Positions 44,033-59,169 of a DNA stretch of 64,000 bases are shown in pieces. Source of the stretch: Octopus vulgaris (Eukaryota); NCBI GenBank assembly GCA_951406725.2, contig OX597830.1, forward strand, positions 37,882,001 to 37,946,000, given 5' to 3'. The position numbers and the translations under genes were made by a program. The notes below the pieces were generated by a model that saw only the letters and a program-made list of their open reading frames with translations, was not told the DNA's origin and searched no databases. Position 1 is the first letter of the stretch, and each line of letters opens with the position of its first letter.

Positions 44033-44337
44033 GTATGTATGTATGTATGTATACACAGAGTGAGAAGGGGAGAGATAACCGACTTTTGTTAATCATTGCT
44101 AAAATGCGTACTCAGTACCAGAGTGGCAAGTTTATTTGTGTTGAGTCAGAATTTCCCCTGAGTGTCGTGTACGAAATAATCCTGTGTACTTACAGCTGGA
44201 ACTAAAGTAGCAACATACGCCCACTTACTCACACACACGCATGCACCCACACACGCATATATACATTTAGACACATACATTTATATACACAATGAGTCGG
44301 AGATAATGAGAAACAGATACACACAAAGGCGCAAACA

Positions 44338-44381
<44 letters not shown>

Positions 44382-44431
44382 CATAATTTCACATACCCGC
44401 ACACAAGCGCTGTATATATATATATATATAT

Positions 44432-44754
<323 letters not shown>

Positions 44755-46507
44755 GGGGGATTTTCCTTGTGTTATTTGACCTGTACTCTATTTTTTCGTT
44801 GTTTAAGAAAAATGTCCAGTTCCTTGGTTTGTGTTCATGTTTTCAATTCTCATTGTGTTCGACGTTCTTTTGGTGTCCTGTACCCATATATGCATGTATA
44901 TATACATGTAGAGGTAAGTACGTACATATATGTATGTATATATGCATATTTTTTATTTATCAATTTATTATATATATATATATATGTATACATACATATA
45001 TATATCATCTAAGCAAGCATCGTTATAATAAAACCCTCAGCTACTGAACAGTGAAAGTAATCTTCTTGAGTGCCCTAATTATGAAATGCTCAATGGTCTA
45101 AAAGCCCATGACAATTGCTGAACTTATGACAATGTGGTAGAAAGATACGTGTATGTCCTTTATCCTAACCATGCAAAAGTATCGTCAAATGGTTTCGAAA
45201 TGTAAGTCAACACATTCTCAGTTGAATGCAAAGGTAACGAAAAGCATGGCTCCTTTAAACATCCGTTTTACAGCCATTTATCATTGTTACATGACATTTA
45301 CTTCGACAAAAAAATTCAGTGCAGCTAAATCACACATGGTCTACGAAATAGCATCAAACTATCAATTCAAATGAGGTCTGTTGCGAAATCCGCAGTCATA
45401 TTAATGAAACCAAGATCTACAAGCTTCATGTTTGCACACATTATAAGAAGCTCAAAAACCGTAATCTCTGTATGAACTCGAGATACGAAGTAATCACAAG
45501 TAACACATGTGCACGTATATGCTCCCTTAATTGGAAACACGAAGCTCCAACCCATAAAACACCCTGGAGTATCCTTCTCTTTGTTTTTGCTTTCATTTTT
45601 CACTCAGTCTTTTCTTCTTCTTCTTCTTCTTCTTCTTCTTCTTCTTCTTCTTCTTCTTCTTCTTCTTCTTCATCATCTTCTTCTCTTTCTGTTTTCCTTG
45701 TTTTTCTGCCTTTTTCCCCTTGTTATTTCCAATTTCACTGTTTTCCCCCTCCTTTCTTCCCTATTTAATACCTCGTATACTTCGTCTTACCTTCTTTTTC
45801 TTCCATCATGTTTTCGTTTTCCAACCTTCCTCTTCCTTATTTTTATTACTGTTTTATTTTCTAGCTGATTTGCTTCAACATCCTTTACGTTTTATGATGC
45901 AATACGATTTATTCAGACTTTATCAATACCTACATTTTCACTATATTCATTCCACTCTTTTCCCTTCCTTCATCCTGCTTCTCACATAAACACGCACACA
46001 TTCACGTATACTTCATTCCACCTCTTACAATCTATAACTTTTCTACACAAGAGTACGTGTTTACCTATGGTTGTGTGTTAAGTGCGATGGAGTATGTGTC
46101 TGCATGTATGAATATGCACACGTTTCTGTTTTCCTCCCAGCTAATGTTCTATAAATCTGTTTACTTTTCTGCGGTCATCTCTTAACGTTTAACCACTTTC
46201 AGTGACAGCACTACCACTCTTGCCCTCGTCTCTCGTCTTTCAGCCATTATCATCACATCTACTTCTTCCTCGTTTTCTCGCACAGGCTCAAAGATTAAAT
46301 AAGCCACACCCGTCTTTAACAACAATTTTATTGACTGTAACACACTTTCCAGCAGACCATCATTACCGCTGCCACCTATAAATACTTCCTACACATCTAG
46401 CATCTATGCGCAATTACACCGCTTTTCACAAACCACACCCAGTACTTGGTGTACCTATCCGCTCTTTACTATTTATTCATATATATATACATGTATATAT
46501 ATATATT

Positions 46508-46539
<32 letters not shown>

Positions 46540-46999
46540 CGTGTGTGTGTGTGTGTGTGTGTGAGTGTATGTGCTAAGCTGTTATATTTTTTTCAATATT
46601 ATGGTTTTCTCTCTGTTTTTTTATTGATGATAATGTACAAACCTGTCCTAACTCATAACTTTTCGAATAATTCTTTTATTTAATAACGCTGCTAATTGTT
46701 TTCTGAAGTTTATTTAATCAGTTGTCAACTCATTGTATTAGATTTTAGATAATATTCTTTAAAAAAATTAAATATCAAATACGATTTACTAAAATACTTT
46801 ATTTAATACTATTGCTACGGGTAATTAACCTCCCCCAAAGCCGCTCGGTACCTGCACACGCTAATGTGCACACATGCGTACACAACATATACAAACACAC
46901 ACAAAAAACACTCCACAACAGACACCCGTATATTCATGCCCGAAGCATATGTACCGCTGGATCCTTGGCATCATGTTTTTATTTGATTATTTTTGATTA

Positions 47000-47057
<58 letters not shown>

Positions 47058-49819
47058 TTATTTATATATACAAACATATATTCACTAAAATTTATCAACA
47101 TTACTCCCAATGTTCAAACGGCTTTTATTGCTTATAGTGTAATATATTGCATTTCATTACATGTGAATTGTTGAATTTTTAAATAATCATCTAGCCTCAT
47201 TTTTTTGCGTTTGATTTGTCACAGGTGACGTAGCAAGCTACAATCATTTGCCGTGAAATATCTACTTCATGTGAACCACGTTTTACAAAGCTTATGAATA
47301 TAATAATAACAATATTAAAAATAACAATATTAAAAATAAGCTTATGAATATAAGAAAAAATTATAATATAACAATATGAATATAATAATCCTACAGCAGT
47401 TGTAGTATTCCCTTTCAAACCAAAGTAAATTTATACATTTTGATTATTGACGTATCCGCTAGTTTATGGAATTGACCAACATGTAGGAAAGAACTGTACA
47501 GTACACGTATATAGAAATGAACTTGGGCTCCAAAACTATTGCCATTTCCATCTATGGTGAAATGATAAAAACATGCTTTCAGGATTTATGTAATGAATTG
47601 CATAACACTTACTGAAACTATATTTCACGTATTTAGTTGCAAAACGAAATGATTTAGAAATATAATTGTGATTTATTACATAGATGTCTCGGGGAATTCC
47701 TAGGAACTGCTATATGCTGTACATTCATTACTTATTTTGAGTGTCATGGTGATATAAACGTTAACTGAATATTCACAGAAAATTTGTTTGATTTTAGCAG
47801 GAAAAAGAAATATGTTGCACTCCTATCTACGTTCAACACAATTTACTTGTAACATTATTGATTAATGCTTAGAGAAAAGCTTCACTTCTTTGTCTTCAAT
47901 TTTCGAAGAAATATCTAGTGAATAAAAATTATAGATGATTATGTGAAAATCAGGGAAATGAATTATTACATTAATTTTACCTGATAATGGACATAACATA
48001 AATTATTTGTTAAACAGATTATGTTGTGTTCTATTACATATATTTGAATTATGTCAAATTATTTTGTCAGAAAGAAATTGTTTATGATTCGGAATATTAT
48101 TTTTGGGCAACATCTAAAGCGAGAAAGTCCATTCATAGGTAGGACATCTAATTGGGTATGATACTTTCTACTCTTATCGGATCAGCCATACTTGCACCAA
48201 TGACACCCTGACGCTGATAAAACTGACATATTAGACAGAGAGAAACGCTAGATAAACAAAAATGTAAATGTGACCGGGTATGAACATTCTCCATTTGGCG
48301 CTAAATTACAGTACATGCAATACGATGATAAATGTAAGAATTTAGGTAGGACACAACAGCTCCCGAGACAATACTATGTTTATTAAGCGGACGTATAATG
48401 GTGTACGAGTTCATTCACCTATGTTTTCTATATAAATATCACGTATTCTGAGATAAATGATGAAGGTATAGGTATAACGTTTTTATATTTATACAGAAAA
48501 TATATCGTACAAAATAAGCAATAAATGACATTCGCTGTATATTCATTATAATTAAGGTGAATCTAACGCTATAAATAACTTATAAAACACACAATTTATT
48601 TTGTATAATGGAAAAGTATGCTGGATAGTATAGTCTTAAATCAACTTTGCTTATAGAAAGAAACCTAATAGAAACTGATCAAATATGCATTGTTTTCCAT
48701 CATGTCTCCATGTCAGAGCTTCCATGGGGTAAAATAACAGACACAGCAATGTTAACTGAATTTAGGCCTTTAGCTTTATTAATATATCTCAATAGTGAAA
48801 CTTAGTTTATCTATTATAGTGCAAATCATGTATGTATATTTAATTGACAAATCATAAAATTTAGAGTTAAACTATTTCTATACTAACGCCATGGCCATAC
48901 AGAGTGTTCCAAGCATTCATACATGAAGAAGTTTTATAAAAGTTATGCATCTAAAACTTCGTATACGTGGTGAATGAAACTTTGTAATCTGTCATAATTT
49001 CAAGGGACGAATGTTTCTCAATGACAGCGACATTCAAATCAGATAATGGTTATTATCATATTTTAGCCTGTGAAGTTGTCAAACTTATGAAAATATCTGC
49101 TCAGACAGTTGTTTAGAATATGATTGATTTGGAAATTGTTACTGAATGTCTTATATTCATGAATATATTTTGTTTCTCAACAATGACAAATTTGATTGAA
49201 TATATGTAAAGGCATATTATAAAGGGTAAAAAAATTCCCAACCACTACAGAGACCACCACAATCGACATCTTCAAAATACATTCTCCTCGTCCAAATTCT
49301 CTCCTCCTTCTCCTTCTCCTCTTCCTTCTCCTCCTCCTTCTCATCATCATCACCACTCTCACCACCATCGTCATTTTCATCATCATGGCCATACAATCAT
49401 CACTACCAACACAGGCGGTATGTTGACGACAATCATCATAATCTACATCATCACTCCCACATCCGTCGCCAATATCATTAACATCATTATCAGCAGCAGT
49501 AGCGGAAGCAACAGCAGCTGCATCATCATTATCGACGCTGAAGTCGTCGTCATCATCTTCGTTATTACCACAACCACCATCAGCATCCGCAACCGACTTC
49601 AGAGAGCACCATTATCATTATTATAATGAATGTAAAGAGTACACTCCTGAATATGACAGTTTCTTTAACATCTTCGATGATGAGAATTCATGAAACATTT
49701 TCAAAGATATTGATTCTATCTTCACACCAAACATATGTATAATTACGATAGACTTGTAGGTAGATATGATACAGGGTAACTGATACAAACCCATAGCATA
49801 TGCGTGTGCGTGTGTATTA

Positions 49820-49945
49820 AAGGCAAGACGATAGTCTGAATACCAGGTTTTATTAATAGTAAGAACTGGTGGTCAATTGTTTTGACTAAAGCCTTTAAGG
49901 GGATGCCCAAACAAGCCTGCAGACGAATGAAAGAATCAAGTAAAA
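49820..49945 (+). mobile_element. SINE family A, old 3' fragment
   Basis: Degenerate match (gacgatag...taccagg...ttgactaaa...gcag..aatga..gaatcaagtaaaa). Confidence 0.45.
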
Positions 49946-50069
49946 AATGGAATAATATGCATATATATAATATGTGACAATTATTCCGTAGCCATGATAA
50001 AACTCCGTGTTTTATCATGGCTACCGAAAAATTGTCACATTATATTTACAAATAAATTCCTCTATTTAC
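49940..50069. repeat. ~130-bp fold-back, 5-nt loop
   Basis: atgtgacaattattccgtagccatgataaaac-tccgt-gttttatcatggctaccgaaaaattgtcacat, extending outward imperfectly. Confidence 0.9.
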
Positions 50070-50114
50070 ATAATACCGAGGTCTCTTTCATTCTTTTCTT
50101 GTCTTGCCATTTCT

Positions 50115-50177
<63 letters not shown>

Positions 50178-50240
50178 GTGTGTATGTGCGTATGTGCATG
50201 TGTGTGCGTGTGAGCGTGTGTATGTGTCTCTGTATATCTA

Positions 50241-50271
<31 letters not shown>

Positions 50272-50272
50272 G

Positions 50273-50337
<65 letters not shown>

Positions 50338-50651
50338 GTTTCTGTGTGTGTGTCTGTGTTTATATAAAGCATTTCCCCCTCCGCAAGCCCATCATAATAT
50401 AGCTTATTGGCTGTGCCTTCATCCATCATTCCAACAGTATGGCCACACCATCTCATTTGGTTTTTCACAATAATGTTGCAAGAATCTCATATTTTTACTA
50501 ATGAAATTTCACAACGAATCAAAATCAATTGTTTACAAAAGAATATAGAACAGTCGGTTTTATGAATCAGTCTGTGTGTGTGTCTGTGTGTGTATATGCA
50601 TATATATGTATATATATATATATATGTGTGTGTGTGAGTGTGTGAGTGTGA

Positions 50652-50805
50652 GTGTGTGTGATAAGTAGCTTGCTTACCAATCACATGGTTCCGGGTTCAG
50701 TCTCACTGCGTGGTACCTTGGGCAAGTGTCTTCTACTATAGCCTCGGGCCGACCAAGGCCTTGTGAGTGGATTTGGTAGAGGGAAACTGAAACAAGCACG
50801 TCGTA
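50652..50805 (+). mobile_element. SINE family A, 5' half
   Basis: Matches 5825-5980. Confidence 0.8.
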
Positions 50806-51649
50806 TATATGTATAAATGTGTGCGTGTGTGTGTGTGTATGTTTTTCTGTCTGTGTTTGTATATGTATATGCACACCCATATATGTGTATATATATATAT
50901 GTACATGTGTGTGTGTGTGTATGTGTGTGTGTATACCTCGCTCTGAAATTTATTATGTATATAGAATTTAAATTAACAAAGCCTAAGAGATAAACGAAAT
51001 TGTTCTGAACATGATATGAAAGCGAAAGAAATATGAGCAAGCTGAAACTAGATCAGTGATGTAAACAAAACACTAATATGTTGTCTATAGATTTATGTTA
51101 TAATGATATTAATGATTTGCTGCTTACAGGAAGAGAAGGTGGATATAGATACAATCTGTAGTGGAAGAGAAGTGTAATGCAATATTTGAGACGTAGTTAC
51201 ACACCTTTGTAAGACAATCAATGCATCGATTAGTATCGAAGCCGGCGGGAGGAAATAAAGACTAAGAAATATAACTGCTGATATTGAAATTAAATGGCTA
51301 AAATTGCATACCCTGGGGGTGTATTAAGTAATACGCACATGCTCGCAAGCGCACGCTCTCGCTCGAGCAAGTGCAAACACATTCTTACAAATCTCTCTCC
51401 TCCCTCTGCCTCTGTATTTCTTTCTTTCTTTCTTTCTTTTTTTCTTTCTTTCTTTCTTTCTATGTATTTATTTATGTATATATATATATATATATATTTC
51501 TTTACTACCCACAAGGGGCTAAACACATGCGTGTGTGTGTGTGTTTGTACGTTTTTATGTGTGTACACATATATGTATAAAATTATGTTTGCATGCATAT
51601 ATATATATATATATGTATGTATGTATGTGTGTGTGTGTGTGAATCTACA

Positions 51650-52190
51650 TACGTAATCTGATCAATAAGTATCCGGACTGTTGCTATAGTAACGAATATG
51701 CAAAGTGAAGCCAATTGGCACAGATTGACCTTAAACTCTTTAGTGCATACACACTCAATTTAAAAAATCTAGATCACTTCTGATGTTTACAGCAGTGCTT
51801 GGATAGTGTGTAGCCTGCGATCGTCGCATTGAATGTGACAGAGTAAGTTGAGCGAACAATCTGCCTCAAATTTTGGGAAAAGGTTGGAGATAATTGTTCA
51901 GGGTCCACGCGGAGTTTTCAAAAAGTTTTCATCGTTCTCGACATAGTCAAAGAGTTCTTGTGCAACTGAAATCCGAGTGTCTTTTTGGTCTGGTGAAAGC
52001 AGTTTGGCAGACACGTGTCTCATACCCAAATATTCAGTGATAATGGACTGAACTGAACCGTAACTAATCCGCACATCCTTTGGTAACTCACGATTTCCCC
52101 TTACAGCTACACGCACAACTGCGATGTTTTCCTCAGTTCCGCCGGTTGCGGGCCTGTCAGAATGTTCGTCAATATCGACATTTTGTCGGC

Positions 52191-52192
<2 letters not shown>
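51650..52192. mobile_element. Rearranged mariner-family remnant (TIR + N-terminus on +, internal transposase segment on -)
   Basis: Mariner-like terminus tacgtaatctgatcaataagtatccggact; + strand VERTICLKF...KVGDNCS; - strand DEHSDRPA...RELPKDVRISYGSVQSIITEYLGMRHVSAKLLS...DENFLKT. Confidence 0.75.
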
Positions 52193-52270
<78 letters not shown>

Positions 52271-52271
52271 A

Positions 52272-52461
52272 TACCGTTGGCTATTTTTTTCCCTCTGTCT
52301 TCCCTTCTCGAAATCTATCCTTCTCCTATGTTTCCGACGAAGAGCTCCGCTCGAAGCGTTCAACCCTCCTTCTTCCCTTGTTTCCTGAGCGTCCAATAAT
52401 ACTATATTTGTTCCACGTCCTCGCGTTGATGTGTTTTTTTTGTGTTTTCTTGTTTGGATTA

Positions 52462-52466
<5 letters not shown>
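52272..52466 (+). mobile_element. Second copy of the ~200-bp Penelope-like terminal repeat
   Basis: gtttccgacgaagagctccgctcgaagcgttcaac at 52330-52364; (TA)n/(TG)n flanks. Confidence 0.65.
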
Positions 52467-52524
<58 letters not shown>

Positions 52525-52992
52525 ATATTTCGGAATGGTCATTTTGCCAGTTTAGCAATAAAAACACACGCACTATATATTTGGTGTTATTTTGCTTCAG
52601 TGATATTTATTTTTACATTAATCTTAATCTTATTTCGGCCAAAGTTATTTCGTCACACTCCTGTGACCGCATCAGTGGTCCTTTGTTTTCTTCTCACTTA
52701 CTTGTGTCTCTCCTTACTAACCGTCAGCCATTTTGTATTTCTATTGTATGTCTTCATTTGCGCATGCTTATATCTCTATGTGCGTCTATGTTTATTTAGT
52801 GTGTGTGGGGGGATGCCTGTAATATTTGTATCTTCTGGTTATATGCATTCTTGTAATTTGTATTTTGTTTTTGTTGTTGTTGCTTTTGTTCTAATTTTGT
52901 TCATGTGTTTACATCCACCCATTATTATCATTACATATGCTTGTATGTATGTATAACAACAATATTAGTAATAATAATAATAAATCTAATCG

Positions 52993-53029
<37 letters not shown>

Positions 53030-53030
53030 T

Positions 53031-53145
53031 AACGGGAAGCTTTATGAAAATAGACAAAAGACGAAGGCAGGTGGAAAACAGACAAACAATTGTATTAGTA
53101 TGGCGCTCAGGAAATATAAATAAAACAAGTCTTTAACGTTTCGAG

Positions 53146-53148
<3 letters not shown>
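53031..53148 (-). mobile_element. Related Penelope-like terminal fragment (3' half of hammerhead only)
   Basis: gctcgaaacgttaaag...ttcctgagcgc...aatac...tttgtt..ccac shared with the 21753/52272 family; between (TA)n tracts. Confidence 0.55.
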
Positions 53149-53224
<76 letters not shown>

Positions 53225-55002
53225 GTATGTATATATATATGTATGTATACATATATATATATAAATATATAGGTATGTAATATTATATATATTTTTACAT
53301 ACATGTGTAAGATTACGTTTTGATAGCATGTTAAAGAAAAATGTTGGTCATATCTAGAAAAGAAAACTGCATTGAGAGGCTCTTGGTCCACTGGGATGGT
53401 ATGCATTCCTTCCCGTATAAATTCTACATATGTACACACATAAATACATACATATATTACATACATGCATACATGCAAACATATATGACATGTTTGCATA
53501 CATACATGCATGTATACATACATATATGCATACATATTTTACATACATGTACATATTACATACATGCATATAGTACATACACACATATACACATATATAT
53601 TTTGTGATGATATAGAATACAACGCTAGGCATCGCGTCTTTAATATACATTGCAGAAAATCGCTCCCTATTCTATGTAATTACAATACCGCTTTATTGAA
53701 TACCCACCTGACGTAATGTCCTCATGTAAACTTACGTTTTATTCCACATTTGTTTATCATGTAAATTCTTTAAAATTCCCCTTAATTGTAAGTCCTAACT
53801 GTAGCTGGATCTCTATTTTCTGTCAACGTATGATCAACTTTATTCTCTTTTCCTCCTCCGCTACTCTACCCGTTCCCCTTTACCCCGAGGCACCCTTTTT
53901 ATCTCAGGGGTTGCCCTTTACATTCCTGCCCCATTGCCTGGTAACTCGAGATTCCTAATTGACGAGGGAAATACTAATATTGCGATGGTGCAAATGTTAA
54001 GTTTAGTAGAACGGAGCAACGTGAAATAAAGTGCTTTTGTGATTGAGATAAAGTTCCACTCAATTCAAAACTCGAAACTATGTTCTCGTGATTGTGAGCA
54101 CAACAATGTCTTATACAATTCTATATTCCCGCTTCAAATAAATTAGATAGCATCTCGAGAATTTACTTACATGTCTCTCATAATATTTCTGCTATATATT
54201 AAAATACTGTATAAAGAGAAGATGGTGATAGAGATTAAAACGATTGTATTGGAATGTTGTATCGGTGGCAGAGAAAAACAGATAATATTGATCGTAATAT
54301 TAATTGCTAATGTTCAATAATGACCGCGATTAATATGATAATGGCTGCGTGGTGCGAGTTGTAAGCGAAGGATATAATGATGATGATGATCATGATTGTG
54401 ATGATCAGGAGCAGGATGACGACAAGAACGTTGATATTGCTAGTAATGAAGACTGAAGATATAATAAATGAATTAGCTAAATAGTTAGACGGCTATTTAT
54501 TCCTCCCTGGTCCACTTAAGGAGCAAAATATTTGAAAGTGATAAAATTATTGCTACATCAGCAAGGGTTCCTATAACATACACGATGGACTAACTTTAAA
54601 TACGATGCACAAAAAATTGGCCTAACTTTAAATGTGATGCACAAAACTTATTAATTGGTTTCGATTATTATTAGAATATATTAATCCTTTATCTTATCAC
54701 TGTTTGTTTTCCGTATGAGTACGTGGGAGATTGTGTATATGCATGTGTGTGCACGCATATTTTGGTATACGACTGTGTTGGACGGCCATGTGTGTGCTCA
54801 CATTAATCACATAACCGCTTCTGAAACATTTCGGTTTAGTTTAATCTATACCGATATTCTGAATTAGAAAAATTAATATGTAGATTAAATCAATTCAACT
54901 ACATTATGCTTCAAGTGGAGAGGTGGTAGCATCACTTCTACTTTCTCCTCTAAGTTACAACTTGGAGTACAAATATATTTGATTTATTACATACACATAC
55001 GG

Positions 55003-55071
<69 letters not shown>

Positions 55072-55150
55072 TATATTTACATATATGTACATGTGTGTGT
55101 ATATACATACATATGTATGTAAATAACATGTGTATGTACGAATATGCGTT

Positions 55151-55192
<42 letters not shown>

Positions 55193-58100
55193 AGGTGTAT
55201 ATATATATATATGTATATACGTATGTATGTATATATATATATATATGTATGTGTGTGTGGACATAACGAGTACAGAACAACACGATAGGATAAGATCTCA
55301 AATAAATTTTCTATGTTGACGCACAGACAAATGGAAATGTTTGTCAAAACACTTGGAACATAGTCCAGCTTCTGAGAGGATGTAGAGTGGAAATAGTAGA
55401 AGAAAGACGATGAGAAATTTGAAAAAAAATAACTATCCCACAAAACACCGAGTGGCATTGGTCAACATGTTAACCTTCGAGTGACCGGTAGTTGGATGTC
55501 GGTGTTGACGACTTTGATATTTAGAAGGCTCAATAGACCCAAAGACTGTATGATAAAACGATATATTCAACCACATTCCAATAACATTTGTATATTTTGA
55601 TGTAACACACATCGTTCAATCTATAAACTGTCAGGAACTGATAATGGGCCCAGCATTTCTCAACTGTATACTTCATAGTCTTTCTGTTTGAAATCTTATG
55701 CATTCAGGTATGAAATTCAGCAGATTGTATTTATATTTTAAATATTGTGGTTTTTAATTATACGTCATTTTATACAAATAACTGTATATTTTAAATCATC
55801 CACTTGACTAAATATATAAATATTTCTCTTATAACTGGAACATTAATGATTACATTTGTATTAAATTTGAATCATACATATGTTACCTCAGGGTACTGCC
55901 TCCTACTGTAGTCTCTCTCTCTGTGTTTCGTCAAATTACTTGACTACCGTTGGATCAGGGCAATATATACCATAGACGTGTTGGTATAAGTTTCCCAAAC
56001 ACTTTATATAAGTAACTGTTTTGTCATAGTTGTTGATCCGTATATACCCGATGACCTGTTTAAATCAACAAGGCATAAATAATCAATTATTTAATCGTTG
56101 ATTTATTGTAGCATCAATGTCATGATTCGTTGTCCATAAACCACCACCATGTTGAAATTTGATCTACACATAATAAATTATGAACGTTACAATTCTGCCA
56201 TATTAAAATATTTATTCACATATATCCATTAATAGGTTATATTTAGAGCTTTAAGTGAGGACATTTTATTGTAAAATCGATTTTTCAATGTAAAAGCCCA
56301 ATAAAAAGGAAACAAATCGATCAGTTGCAATTCAAGTCTCAATTTTACATTATATCTTTAGGATATTTAGTTTATCTGAAATATCTAGTTTTGACACCTT
56401 GTTGGAATTGTGGACATAAAACATTTTAGAATCTTACTTTTGGTAGTTTCTCTTTCGTTGAAATGAACTAAATCTGAAGTTAAACATCAATGATTATAAA
56501 CTTGATTATAGCATGATTATATGTTGTCATATTTACATAACACAAATCAAATGATAATTTAGAAACCTCTTTCATATTGCATACACGTATACACACATAA
56601 GGTCATACATCGAAATATGAGAGAACATTGCATATCTAGTTCTGCAAAAGTAACAATTTTTTATATAATTTTATTATCGAAAGTTTTAGATTTTATATTT
56701 TTATATAATTTCATAGTTTTAGATTTTTATATTTCCTTGTTGGTGAACGTAGCCAGGGTCTGCAACAATGCTGGGAATTCGCCAACACACACACGCACTC
56801 ACACACAAACACACATACACACACATATATACCTGTTAATGTAATAACAAAGGAATAAACGAACACCATTCGCTTAAAGTTGTTTCTGTTACAATATATA
56901 GTTAACTCATAGTTGATAGTTGCTTTCCACTGCGTCCACAACTGTATGCAAATGGAGCTTACGAGGTAATCGTTTATGATTCTGTCATCTCATTTTCTTA
57001 TTACCGCTCGTTACTTGACTATTGTTTCGTTCTGATGCCGATATATACTGAGTTTTACACTAGGTTATGTCTCACAATGTCTATAAGTATATATGGTAAG
57101 GGTCTGCGCTTCAACTCTTTATGGCGAGAAACCCATGGTGACCCTATAAACTGGCCTTATATAGACTGCTTTACTCCTTAGAATATGTTTCTTCTCTGGA
57201 CTTAAGTTCTTCTACAAAAATAATATATATATACATGTTTGTGTGTGTGTGTGCGAGTGTATAAGCGTATTCATATAATATTACCATTTTAATATGTTGG
57301 TGAGTGTATTTGCTGACTGTTAGGATATTACGTATAAATTTTGAAACATTTTCCACAAATATAAGTGAACCGGGAAATTGTTCGTATTGAAAGCAATATA
57401 GAATTGACCTAGTAACTCTTAAACGTTAGAGACTTTCAAATGAATTACTGCAACATAATTTCTATGGAATCGATATACTGCAGGGAATTACTTCAAAACT
57501 TATTCATTTTTCCAATTCAGTTATAGGATATAAGCGTATATATTTGATTTTAGCTTCCATTTGTTAATAATTTTCGATTTTATAACCTGATGATTGATTA
57601 CCTAAACTTCGCGGTGCATTTAAAATACGATAAATACATAACTTCGAGAACTGGCATTTGTTCAAAATACTTCAGTAATGGCGTAAATCATTCATCATAA
57701 ATTTAATTATAATTCGTTGATTATTCAAGTAATTATAACCCTAACGTTTCAAGTTGTCCCATGTTTAATGTATTTCTATCTACTGTAGTGGATTGTTTTC
57801 CTTCCAATAGTTCGAAGAAAATAGTAATCGACCCGAACTCATCCAATTATTTATTCCTTTGGCTTATTTCAAAATTCATTCGAATTTATATATACTTCTT
57901 TTCTTGAATTTAATATTAGTGTATCGCGTGATTTTCTAAATCATGAATTTCAATGAAATCACACGCTGTGTTCGGTAAAATATGCACTGTAAGCAAAACT
58001 CTTTTATGAAATACATAGTGTCTCACAACAAAATTTATTTCAAGCTATGTTAATAGCGCAAGACGACGCATACGGGTTACAGATCAAAATGGATGACAGG

Positions 58101-59169
58101 AGCTGCCGCTGCTCATAGAAAGAGTGTTGAGTTTCATAACTTCTGATTTAAATTTGTTTCTAAGACTGATAAAAGCTTACATCAAAGAACATATGCAGTT
58201 GCAAATTACTCAGTGCACATGTAATATATTTTGCATTTTTACGCTATGTTCAACATGGTGGCCACATCATCGATTCAGAATGGCTATTCTTCAAATATTA
58301 AACAGTTGCCACGCAATTCAATTCATAAATGTGTTATACATTAAATATAACACCTGCTTTACAGTACGATATCTTTCAGTGGATACAGTATCATATTTAC
58401 GCATTAATCAATGAAATTAACTGAAAAGGAAAAAGACACATATGTAGATTGTGCAATGATATTTCATTATCTGAAGAATTTATTTGTATATGAGCAACAT
58501 GCTTGGCTGCATTTATTCAAATCCTGCAGAGATAACCAAGAAGAATTCAATTTTATCCGATCATCATTATAGATATGAAATAAACTAAGTTCGAATTATC
58601 CATAATAACCTCAAGCACCTGCAAGACATATGCTATTCAGTCCTATCCAATACAGAAAAGGATTTCAAGAAACCTTTCATGAAACAAAGGCAGGAATCCA
58701 TCACATGAAAGAGAATTTAACAAGAACAGATATTTCTCTTCCAGTCAGATCTTTCTCTCTCGCATGGAATGTTCCTTAACTATTAATTCTTCAAATGCGG
58801 TACATTATGACTCCTACGTTTATTGAACATTTTTTTTAGAACGATGCGTGTATATTTGCTTCTATTTATGTATAATATTTTCAGAAATATATATTTAAGA
58901 GTTCACTTTGTCTTCAGAATAAGTGCATTATATTAAGTATACAGCATCGTTTCATATCGACTAGTTCGTATCAGAAAAATTGAAGGAGAAATTATATGAC
59001 TATTTCACATTCTGTAAATTAAGATGTGGCAAGATTATGAATACCGAAGACGTAGGGATGCAAGTCTGTTTGCCTGTCAGTCTATTTGTCTGTCTGTCAT
59101 TGTCTTTCTCTCTCTCTGTATGTATATGTGTGCTTGTGCGAGTGCGTTTCTATATATCTGTATATATAT

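Noticed and set aside
49669-49710. atcttcgatgatgag...gaaacattttcaaagat hammerhead-like string
   Set aside because: Core mismatched, stem II unconvincing, single copy.
54590-54647. ~32-bp tandem duplication
   Set aside because: Two units only; ordinary slippage, not CRISPR-like.
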